Below, piece after piece: positions 37,262-47,845 of a stretch of 64,000 bases of DNA (within the stretch, counting starts at the first letter, position 1; every line of letters starts with the position of its first letter). Made by a program: the position numbers and the translations under genes. This DNA comes from Callorhinchus milii (taxonomy: Eukaryota). Location: NCBI RefSeq assembly GCF_018977255.1, contig NW_024704742.1, forward strand, positions 30,010,001-30,074,000, given 5' to 3'. The notes under the pieces are model-generated. The model did no database searches, was not told where the DNA came from, and was given only the letters and a program-made list of their open reading frames with translations.

Positions 37262-38060
37262 AATCTAGCCAGGTGGCTCTCTTGCCTAAGGATCAGAAGG
37301 TTGAGAGTTCAAGACCCACATCAAGACTTTGAACTCAGTCTAGGCTGACACAGACAGTGTAGTGCTGGGGGAGTGCTGCAGTATCGGAGATGCTATTCTG
37401 GGATTGAGACGTTAAACCAAGGGAGACATTAAAGATAATAATCCTTGCATTTGATATAGTGCCTTACCATCATTGTGTCTCAAAGTCCTTCATAGGATCT
37501 ACTGTAAGGTGTAGTGATTGCATATTTGTAGGCAAATGTGTCAGTCAATTTGCACATAGCAATGACCAAAAAATAGCCATGAGGTGAATGACCAATTATA
37601 TCTTAAGGATTGTTGGCCAATGATACAGGTTGAAATTCTCTTGTCTTCAATTGGCAGGTAGTACTTTGATTTAACATTTCATCTGAAGAACAGTACTTCT
37701 GACAATGCAGTGCTTCCACACCATTGTATTGGAGTGCCAGCCTCGACTGTAAATTCAAAGCTGCTGATATGAGTCTTGAATCTACAGTGTTACTGACTGA
37801 GCCAGGATATCAACAGGTCCCATGGCACTGTTCAAAAAGACAAAGGAGTTTTCTTCTGGTGTCCAAGCCAAAGATCCTCCAGATAATATTGGTCAATACA
37901 CTCTGTGGCTATGTATAGAAAATTGCTGTGTACAAATTGGCTGCTGTGTTTGCCTCCAAATACAATCAATATACTTTACTGAAAAGATTTTGAAGTATTT
38001 TGAGATGTTATAGGCACTACTTTAAATGCAAGGAATATTATTACAATTATTATTATTATT
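37262..38060 (+). mobile_element. DeuSINE containing a nested inverted DeuSINE (about 37435-37806)
   Basis: Outer copy breaks at AAAGA and resumes TCCCATGGCACTG at about 37819. Confidence 0.75.
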
Positions 38061-38064
38061 ACAA

Positions 38065-38445
38065 AAGCATTTCACATAACTCACTGCAAAGTGTAGTGTC
38101 TATTTTCTAGGCAAATGTGACAGCCAATTTGCACATAGCAATGTCCTACAAACAACCATGAAGTGAATGACCAATTTTATTAGGGGAAATTTGCACAATT
38201 TGATTGCACCAGGAGAAACTCCCTTCATTTTTCAAGCAGTGCCATAATAATTTTTATGTCCACTTGAATAGGTACATAAAACCTTGGTTTAACATCTTGT
38301 CTGAAGGATGGCACCTCCAACAATGCAGGCCACCCCCCAGCACTGTATTGCAGTGTCAATCTAGACAGTGAGTACAAAGTCTCGATGTGGGGTTCAAACC
38401 CACAACCATCTGTCGTACAGGTGAAAGCACTACCAAATGACACAG
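38065..38445 (-). mobile_element. DeuSINE copy
   Basis: Reverse Deu domain (GGAGGTGCCATCCTTCAGACAAGATGTTAAACCAAGG). Confidence 0.75.
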
Positions 38446-39057
38446 GAATGTCAAAGGGTACTCAATTTGATATATATATATACATATATATTTTAAAAAG
38501 CATCAATGTTAATGTCAAATTAAAAAATAGTGAAATATTTGGAAGCACAACCAGAATATATGATACTAACATTGACTCTGATTTGCTTATCCTCCTTGGG
38601 GGTGTGGGGAAGGTAAGCAGGGCCTCCTTGGAGCTGAACTGGCTCCAGGGTGACATGTTTGGCAATGGAATGAGCCAGGTGTCTCCACAGTACTCCAGGC
38701 CACTGCTGATGATAGCACAGGCAGCCTGGCTCATCGGCAGGACTTGTCGCTGGGGGCAGGGAATCCTCCCACTCAGCTCCTGTTAACCCTGTAAGCCCAA
38801 ACCCTAATGGGAAGGATGGTCTTAGCTGGACAAGCAGCGGGAAAGCTTGCCAGACAGGTCCCATCCAATTCCAATATAAGTTGCGGCTTCCATTTGTTAG
38901 CAGGTTCCATTTATGTTTGTCCTTTCTCTATGTAAAGCATTTTGAGACATTTTTCTACTTGGAAAACACTATATAAGTACAAGTTGGTGTTGTTCCAAAG
39001 CTCCCTGCAAGAAGTAAACTAGAAGTTAAACAAATGATATTGTGGTCGCCAGCATAC

Positions 39058-39159
39058 CTGTCATTAGCTTATTCTTCAGGATGGTATCCTTAATGATGTC
39101 GTAAGTTACAAGTTCTGAACAGTTAACAATGGCGTTTCGAGTAATGTTAGGGAAAGTTC
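39058..39159 (-). CDS. UCP1: UCP1 coding exon 4
   Basis: [34 protein letters not shown]; 102 nt, after a 106-bp intron. Confidence 0.97.
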
Positions 39160-39265
39160 CTGAGGAGAGACAGAGGTCGTTGCGATTAATGTGCTAGTAA
39201 TTGAAATATTACCAATTCAGGATGAGTCAGACTGATCTACGTTGCACATATACTGGACAAAGTAC

Positions 39266-39463
39266 CTTTCCAGAGTCCTCTCACTCCCTCCTCTTTGGCA
39301 ATAGTTCTATATGCCTGAAGTGTGCTACTGTATCGTTTCTGAGCACCGCTTAAGCTCTTATGTGCTTGGAAACGAACTTTCACTACATCCGTGGGTTGAG
39401 CCAATGCCACGGCGAGTCCTCCCGTGGTGCATCCCGCCAAGATTCGTGTACCAATGCTGGCAT
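39266..39463 (-). CDS. UCP1: UCP1 coding exon 3
   Basis: CCTCCAG|(H)[65 protein letters not shown](G); 198 nt. Confidence 0.97.
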
Positions 39464-39846
39464 CTGGAGGGAAAGCGGCAGGAAAAATAAATACTATGTC
39501 CCGAAGCAAGTCATCAGATCTCATTCATCATTCCGTTTACCACTGTCAACCTGACCATTATTAATTATCAATAGCTACAATTATTAATTATCCATGCCTG
39601 CTTTCTGCGTTTCAAAATGAAAGAAACATAGAACAAAGCTAGAACTAGAATACTTGTGCTGTCCTTGTTTTTATCCTAGAATGGTTTCAAAATACTGTAC
39701 AAGGTATTTCACAATTTACTTACAAAGCAGCCCAGCTCCCATAGTAAGTCAATCTTTCAAATACTATCTGCATTGCTGTGCACTGAAACACTTTGCTTCA
39801 AAATACACAATAAGTAAAATGATTCAATGTCTAGATTATTACTTAC

Positions 39847-40063
39847 GGTCATTGCCTCTTGTGTAAAATTGCTTTACGGAGTCATAAAGCCCAATTCTTA
39901 TGGAAGCAAAGCTCATCTGCCTTTGAAGCCCGGCCACCAGTCCACTGTACAGACTCCTTGGCCCCTCTGTTTTGATCATTGTGGTGATAGTCCCCAGAAC
40001 CCCATGATATCTTATACTTTTGCCAGTCACCGCTATTTGTGCTCCTTTCACTTCTCCTTGAAT
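39847..40063 (-). CDS. UCP1: UCP1 coding exon 2
   Basis: [78 protein letters not shown]; donor C|GTAAGT. Confidence 0.97.
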
Positions 40064-40440
40064 CTAAAACCAAAAACACAGTTAGTTAATCGTGTCGCAA
40101 TTGCCTGCCCCATTGCGCCCACAAAATACACAGTGAATCCACTTTACAGTATATTCCACGTAGCGCTTTGAGACATCTGAACACCGTGACAAAGCACTGT
40201 ATCAAATCCAAAGATCATTATTATTATATTGGATAACTGAAAAGAATATCGACTCCATAGAGCTGCTCAGAGATTTGATTCTGTGAAACTATCCTGAATC
40301 GGATGAGTTTGATGCGCTCCAAATGCGATGTGTGACCCAAGTCATTGTTTTTTAAAAAAGAAAAAAGAAACCACAGTCAAACAATAATCAATAGGGCTGA
40401 ACCTGAGCAAACAGACATGTCAGGGGAGGAAATAACTGGA

Positions 40441-40767
40441 ATAATAATAATAATAATAATAATCCTTGCATTTGATATAGCACTTTTCACGTCGGGAGGA
40501 CGTCCCAAAGCGCTTCACAGAACATACTGCAAAGTGAATTGACTGTATATTTGTGGGCGAACGCGGCAGCCAATTGCGCACAGCAATGTCCCACAAACAG
40601 TCGTAGATTGAAAATGACCAATTTATTATTGTTTTTTTTTGGAGGGATTATTATTAGGCTCTGTGTGGAGTAAGGAAACTTGCCCAAGGTTTCGCCCTCT
40701 GCCTGGAATTGAACCCAGGTCTCTCGCTTGCAAAGCGAGTGCTCTAACCACTGAGCTACAGGACTCC
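40441..40767 (-). mobile_element. tRNA-Ala-derived SINE, young, sense-oriented in a UCP1 intron
   Basis: Full-length copy with an intact CTCGC-TTTGCAA-GCGAG anticodon arm; starts about 46 nt after the donor of coding exon 1. Confidence 0.93.
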
Positions 40768-40813
40768 AAGGAAGCTTCGGTGGTGCAGTAGTTTGATTGC
40801 CAGCTCTTGTTAC

Positions 40814-40939
40814 CTGTAACCTGACTTTGGCTGTGTCCAGGGGGAATGTGATGAGATCTGCGATACAGGCAGCAGTCCCAGCACTCAGGAACTGCACTCC
40901 TGGGGTGGGAGGCAAATTGGATGGCTTTAACCCCACCAT
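40814..40939 (-). CDS. UCP1: UCP1 coding exon 1 (exon starts at the acceptor at 40975)
   Basis: [42 protein letters not shown]; 126 nt; carrier signature PLDTAKVR; donor CAG|GTAACA; upstream acceptor TTTTTCAG|. Confidence 0.96.
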
Positions 40940-41059
40940 CCTGGCTGTCACAGGCAAGAAACTCTGGGCGAGGGTCTGAAAAACACAACACATCACAAGA
41001 CGTGAGAAACACGAGCGATCATCATCATTACTGGTCGTATCAAAGCCCCTGGATCAAGG

Positions 41060-42767
41060 CAGGTAGTCAGGCAGTCAGGTAGTCAGGTAGTTAGTCAGGC
41101 AGTCAGTCAGGTAGTCAGGTAGTTAGTCAGTCAGTCAGGTAGTCAGGTAGTTAGTCAGTCAGTCAGGTAGTCAGGTAGTTAGTCAGGCAGTCAGTCAGGT
41201 AGTCAGGTAGTCAGTCAGTCAGTCAGGTAGTCAGTCAGTCAGTCAGTCAGTCAGTCAGGTAGTCAGTCAGTCAGTCAGTCAGTCAGTCAGGTAGTCAGTC
41301 AGTCAGTCAGGTAGTCAGTCAGTCAGTCAGTCAGTCAGGTAGTCAGTCAGTCAGTCAGTCAGTCAGGTAGTCAGTCAGTCAGTCAGTCAGGTAGTCAGGT
41401 AGTCAGTCAGTCAGTCAGGTAGTCAGTCAGTCAGTCAGTCAGTCAGTCAGTCAGTCAGTCAGTCAGTCAGTCAGTCAGTTAGTCAGTCAGTCAGTCAAGT
41501 CAGTCAGTCAGTCAGTCAGTTAGTCAGTCAGTCAGTCAGTAGTCAGTCAGTCAGTCAGTTAGTCAGTCAGTCAGGTAGTCAGTAGTCAGTCAGTCAGTCA
41601 GTCAGTCAGTCAGTCAGTCAGTCAGTCAGTCAGGTAGTCAGTCAGTCAGTCAGGTAGTCAGTCAGTCAGGTAGTCAGTCAGTCAGTCAGTCAGTCAGTCA
41701 GTCAGTCAGTCAGTCAGTCAGTCAGTCAGTCAGTCAGGTAGTCAGTCAGTCAGTCAGTCAGGTAGTCAGGTAGTCAGTCAGTCAGTCAGTCAGTCAGGTA
41801 GTCAGTCAGTCAGTCAGGCAGTCAGTCAGTCAGTCAGGTAGTCAGTCAGTCAGTCAGGTAGTCAGTCAGTCAGTCAGTCAGTCAGTCAGTCAGTCAGTCA
41901 GTCAGGTAGTCAGTCAGTCAGTCAGTCAGTCAGTCAGTAGTCAGTCAGTCAGTAGTCAGTCAGTCAGTAGTCAGTCAGTCAGGTAGTCAGTCAGTCAGGT
42001 AGTCAGTCAGTCAGTCAGTCAGTCAGTCAGGTAGTCAGTCAGTCAGGTAGTCAGGTAGTTAGTCAGTCAGTCAGGTAGTCAGGTAGTCAGTCAGTCAGGT
42101 AGTCAGGTAGTCAGTCAGTCAGGTAGTCAGTCAGTCAGTCAGGTAGTCAGTCAGTCAGGTAGTCAGTCAGTCAGTCAGGTAGTCAGTCAGTCAGTCAGTC
42201 AGTCAGGTAGTCAGTCAGGTAGTCAGTCAGTTAGTCAGGTAGTCAGTCAGTCAGTCAGGTAGTCAGGTAGTCAGTCAGTCAGTCAGTCAGGTAGTCAGGC
42301 AGTCAGTCAGTCAGGTAGTTAGTCAGTCAGTCAGGTAGTCAGGTAGTCAGGCAGTCAGTCAGTCAGTCAGGTAGTCAGTCAGTCAGGTAGTCAGTCAGGC
42401 AGTCAGTCAGATAGTCAGGTAGTTAGTCAGGTAGTCAGTCAGGTAGTTAGTCAGTCAGTCAGGTAGTCAGTCAGTCAGGTAGTCAGTCAGTCAGGTAGTC
42501 AGGTAGTCAGGCAGTCAGTCAGTCAGGTAGTCAGTCAGTCAGGTAGTCAGGTAGTCAGTCAGTCAGGTAGTCAGGTAGTCAGTCAGTCAGGTAGTCAGGT
42601 AGTCAGTCAGTCAGTCAGGTAGTCAGTCAGTCAGGTAGTCAGTCAGTCAGGTAGTCAGTCAGTCAGTCAGGTTGTCAGGTAGTCAGGTAGTCAGTCAGGC
42701 AGTCAGTCAGGTAGTCAGGTAGTCAGTCAGTCAGTCAGGTAGTCAGGTAGTTAGTCAGTCAGTCAGG
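41060..42767. repeat. ~1.7-kb (AGTC)n satellite with AGGT/AGTT/AGGC variants in UCP1 intron 1
   Basis: Directly visible tetranucleotide array. Confidence 0.99.
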
Positions 42768-43327
42768 CCATCTGAGTTGCAGGTTTCACTGGATCCAAAC
42801 ACTTGCTGTGAGAGAGAGAGCCACACACATGTGTTCTGCTCCTCTGCATCGCGTTGGTTTTAATCACTGCGCACAACGATTTCCAGCTCCAGAGAGAGAG
42901 TCCCTCCCGGACCCCAAATTCCCTTTCACTCTCCCCCACACCCCCCACTTTGCATCCTTCAGACACCCAGTCTGCGCCTGTGGGGGGAGACTTGTTCCCC
43001 TGTGTGCGCAGCGTTTGGAAGTGGCAGCGAACACCGGGAAACGTTGCACTGCGAGTGAAGGAGCGACACCCAAAACGCACGGATCGGATCGCTGCCGTTT
43101 TAGCAAAACCGGTTAAAAAAAAAGTAGCAGTTGCATCGCAGCTTTGCAGCGAAGCTTTTGCTGAACAAACACAATAGGGCTCTTCAGTGCAAAACGGAAA
43201 CGATATCACTAATCCGCCGAAACTTGATTTTTTTTCCCCCCAAAAAAAATAAGAGCGGATGATGGATAGTACTGGTGTGTGTCTCAAAACTATCTCGAGT
43301 GGGGAATGAGTCAGAGTCCCCACTTAC

Positions 43328-43462
43328 AACGTGAACCAAACCCACTGATGGGTCAGTGAGAGGTGATTATGTCCAAGTGATTCTTCCAATGCCCTCCAGG
43401 CCTCGTTCCTTCTGCTTTCTCCCCTTCCAGGTCTGTTCTTACTCGATCCTGGAGAGCTCGAT
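43328..43462 (-). other. UCP1: Predicted non-coding exon 1 of UCP1 (TSS approximate)
   Basis: Begins about 28 nt downstream of TATAAAAG and ends at a strong donor GTT|GTAAGTG; contains no ATG. Confidence 0.65.
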
Positions 43463-43482
43463 CCTCCTGAACGATTGCATTA

Positions 43483-43490
43483 CTTTTATA
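43483..43490 (-). promoter_or_regulatory. TATA box of UCP1
   Basis: TATAAAAG on the minus strand, correctly placed upstream of the donor-terminated exon. Confidence 0.7.
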
Positions 43491-43506
43491 CCTGTTCTGA
43501 TTTATG

Positions 43507-43515
43507 TGATGCAAT
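43507..43515 (+). promoter_or_regulatory. C/EBP-ATF response element (CARE/AARE) TGATGCAAT
   Basis: Exact match to the ATF4 amino-acid response element (reverse complement ATTGCATCA), 16 bp upstream of the TATA box. Confidence 0.55.
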
Positions 43516-44560
43516 GCAACGAGGGGCAGTCTCTGAGCCTTCAGGGGTAGGCGTTTCTGAGTTAAGGAGGTGTGCACAAACCAAGACACACACACTCTCA
43601 CACACACACACACACACACAGCCCTCTGTCCACACCAAGCAATCTGTTTGCTTCCAAGTGAAGGATTTTTGGATGCAATTTCAAATCAGAAACTCACTGC
43701 TCACCTAATACTTCGACAGTCGTTTGACTTATCAGTGCCTACTGCCTTACAGGAAGCTTTCTTTCTCTTTTACCACTGGAAAGAGTGGCCAGATCTTGTG
43801 CAATAATAATAATAATAATAATCCATATATTTATATTTAATATAACAGCTTTCATTTGGGGCGGACGTCTCAATTGCTTCACAAAATTGCCCATAAATAT
43901 AGTCAGTTCGCTTTACAATGTGTTCTTTGAAGCACTTTGAGACATCTCAACAATGTGATAAGGCGTTATATTAAATGCAAAGGTTATTATTATTGAAATA
44001 TACTGTAAAGTCTATCAAATATGTATTTTGTGGGTGAAAGCGGCAGTCAATTTGTACCACAGCATTGTCCCACAAACGGCCACGAAGTGAATAACCAGTC
44101 TTAATTGGAAGATTGTTGTCCAAGACTTCTCGCAAACAGCGCATTGCATTTTAAATCTTCTATGTATGGCTTACAGCAGGTAACCCAGAGCCCAAGTTGG
44201 TCTTCATCCTTCAACTACTATTATCTTTATATAACAAGAACAGTCAAGAAAGATACGTTATCTTAATCAAATTTATGATCTGCAAGGTGGACAATCCCTG
44301 TCTACCTAATTATTGGTGTATCATAAAGTGACTTTGGAACCTGTCAAAGTTCAAAGATTTTTCAAAAATAGAACTTTGACACAATTAGATAATTAGATCG
44401 CAATAGAAGGAAACACAGACATTATATATATATATATGAAGGAGGCAGTCAAAACAAAAGGAAATATCTAGCCATGCCCAGCAATGATGGCTGTTTGTGG
44501 AACACTATTGCGCACAAATTGATTGCCGCATTCGCCTACAAATACACAGTCACCACACTT

Positions 44561-45223
44561 GTTCGCCAACAAATATACAGTCAATTCACTTTACATATAT
44601 TCTGTGAAGTGCTTTGAGACATCTAGAAGACGTGAAAAGTGCTATACCAAATGCAAGGATTATTATTATTAAGGTAAAGCACTTTAAGTTATTTTGACAC
44701 TGTGATAAGGCAAACACAAGGTTATTAACACTTCAAAGAATGTTTCATTCAAAACATGATCGGGATTTGCTGTTTAATAATAGAAAATCAAAGCAATACG
44801 TTCTATAGTCATAAAACTTCAAGGTAATGTATATATTTTTCATTTCTGATTGTTTTAATGTTCTTGCAATAGTTTTACTTGTCCCGCTGCATCATGTCTT
44901 CTCCCCTTCTCCAGCCCTATCTTTAGAATTATCTTCCATTTCACTTGCTGATCGATTGATCTGTGCAATTCCAGCTCTGTCTGGTTTTGCTGAATAACTT
45001 TGCAATTGTCCTGCTTGTGGTGACCTGCTTCTTTGGGAGCAAAGCTTGAGCCAAAGTGACTCGTTTCCAACTTGGGGGCTTGACCTAGACCAACCAATAA
45101 ACAGAGCGTGAGCCGGCAGGACTGTCAATGGCAGGGAGGAAGCAATGATCTGAATGACACAATTGGCCGGGGGTTTTGCCGAGGGCGTGTTATTGCAAAG
45201 TGGTGTCAGGCTTCTGGAAGTTT
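44561..45223 (+). repeat. ~650-bp near-identical duplicate of 5179-5827
   Basis: Direct comparison: SINE tail plus about 540 bp of otherwise unique sequence, with few substitutions and one 13-bp indel. Confidence 0.95.
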
Positions 45224-47449
45224 GAACGGAATCTGACCACTTCAAATAGTCTTTATAACGCAAACAATCAAGGACATTGTCATTTTTTAAAATAAATAAT
45301 AAATCAATATATTGCTCACGCATGTATGTTCAGATTATGCAATAAACTGAGGATGTTAAACAACGAAGATAACGAGGTTGAGCACTTCAGCTGCTGCCTG
45401 ACCGTATTCAATGAGTCCTGTAACACTGGATCTCTGAAGGCTTAATTCTAATAAATGTACAGGTTAGAATACTTGTTATTTTTTTTATTTTATGGGATCC
45501 CTTTCTTACGAGAGGCCAGTCCATGAAGCAGGTCATTAACCCCCACTCCCCACCATCACCTAATAGAACGGTTTGCAATTGTACAGTCTATCGTTTTGCG
45601 TGCTGTGATAATAATAATCCTTGCATTTGATACAGCACCTTATCACTTTGTCGAAATATCTCAAAGTGCTTACAAGAGATACTGTAAAGTGGATTGATTG
45701 TGAGTTTTGTGGACCAATGCGGCAGCCAGTTTGGGTACAGCAATGTCTCACAAACAGCCACGGAGTGAGTGACTAATTTTATTTGGGGGATTGTTGGCTT
45801 GGATTAATTCCCTTCCTTTTCGAATAGTGCCATGGGATCTTTAACAACCATCCACCTGAATAGGCAGATGGGATCTTGGTTTAATATCGAAGGACAGTCA
45901 ACGGTCAACAGTTAACATTAATAGCTCATTGTTGGTCAGGAATCTTTTATTTTATACACGTGGCATTGGGGGTGGAACAATCCAGTAAAACCCAAGGTGT
46001 TGCAAAAACAATGTAAAGCTTCAGGTTCCAAAACAACTTCTGTTTAATACACAAAATGATCTACCAATAAGCTGCAGGTAGCTCTGGGTTATTTTTACTC
46101 TTCTATGTACACGGTAAAAAGAAGAGGGTTGAAATTCCAGGAGACAAATGTTAAAAGAGAACATTAAAGTCAGTTCATGATTTGGTTCAGTCGCACTCGA
46201 ATATTCCATAACAAGTGTACAACTTCCCTAAAATCTTCCAGCAAGTAGGAGGCAATGCAACCATCGCACCCTGGCATAACATGCAAGAGCTCTTCTACCT
46301 GCTTAGTTAGTGAGATTATTAAGCTCTTGTCTACCAGTGACACAATAGGGAAGAATTACCCGAAGCTGAAGTACAAAGTCATTCAACCCAACCAGTAACT
46401 TGCACATTTTGAAATCTTTGGATGCTGTTACCTCAGAAGTCACTCTCTCCATCTACCTCTCCTTTGCCCTTTGCATCGCACAAAACAAACAAAGATACTT
46501 TATTAAATACTAGCTGTATGTGTTGCAGCTACGCTTGCAACCAAAGGATCCAATATGGAAGGTAGATTTCAGTGATACCACTCACAAACAATTTAACATG
46601 CCATAAACACTGAGTGTACACCTTAAGTAAAACTGCCATACATGTATGATGAGCTTGTTTAGGTCATAGCTCATCATAGGATTTCCCCCCCAAAAGATAT
46701 GCCCATGACACTTCTCCATGCAAGATCTTTCCGATGAGGTATAAATCATGTCTTTACATCAATCGGTTATTGCAGTCTTAGCGGACACACAGAGAGGCAG
46801 ACAGACAGACAGACAGACATTTCGTCTTTATCATCAGACCACAGTACATGATGATCCCTTAAACTTTAAAGGCTCATCTTTTTGAAATATCATAAGTGAA
46901 ACGTATAGATTTTTAAATAAATAAATAGAACTTGTATGCATATATATCATATACGGTATATAGCAAAATCTCATCCTCTTTAATGCAAGGTCATTCAACT
47001 TGAAAGATTGTTGCAAAGTAGCTAAATGAAACAACAGTAAATAATGTCATTTCTATTAGTGTACAGTACTCACCAACTTAACCAATATTACACAAATATA
47101 AACTTGCCCCAGAAAACACACAAGCATTTAAAAATTGAAAATAATGATAGCCATACAAAAATTATGTCAGTGTCACCCACAGCCTCATACAGTTCATGCT
47201 GGTAATCTGCAGCAGTTCTTCAAGAGTTAAGATCATTTCTCTTCAAGAACAGCTGAGGACGATCTTTTAGGCACCACAACCTTTCCACCAGAGTAACAGC
47301 AAAGTTTGCGTATATTATTAATCTGTGTTGTTGGATAAAACTCAAATTGAAGTGACACTCGCCATGAGCAGGGGGTTATTTCAATCAGTTTACTGTATAT
47401 TCTTAATCTTATAAGGGGTTAAATGAGTTATAAAGAGAGGTAAGAGAAG

Positions 47450-47845
47450 TTATCTTTCACTGGAACAGAAAAAGTTGATAGAGGTGTACAGAATAATGAA
47501 GGGATTTGACAGGGTAAATAGAGAGAAGCTGTTGCCACTGATAGAGAAGTCAGTGACTAAGGGACATAGATACAGGACGTGGTGACAAGAAATGCAAAAG
47601 GAGAGCTAAGGAGAATTATTTTCACTCAGGGAGTTGCTGGGCTGTGGGATGCCTTGCCAAATAAGGTAGCAGAGGCAGAGTTTATTATGGATTCCAAAAG
47701 GGAAGTAGACAGGTAATAGGAAAGTTAGAGGCTTTGATAGGGTGTGGGGATAAGGCTGAGCAAATAGATTGAACAGACAGTTGGTTCTGAGAGCAGGTGC
47801 AGACTTTATGAACCGAGTGGCCTCTTTCTGTATCGTAAATATCTC
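47450..47845 (+). mobile_element. Decayed CR1 3' end
   Basis: ATAATGAAGGGATTTGACAGGGTAAATAGAGAGAAGCTGTT...CCGAGTGGCCTCTTTCTGTATCGTA. Confidence 0.75.

Noticed and set aside
40700..40767. tRNA-Ala(TGC) gene
   Set aside because: Has A/B boxes and an anticodon arm but no complementary acceptor stem, and runs into a SINE body repeated several times in the window.
36333..40939. Calling the gene UCP2 or UCP3
   Set aside because: Several segments are UCP2/3-like, but adjacency to ELMOD2, the CAWTM motif and the RQTVDCTT terminus favour UCP1.
42763..43323. Overlapping ORFs of 80-186 aa in UCP1 intron 1
   Set aside because: Non-ATG starts, no homology; expected in GC-richer promoter-proximal DNA.
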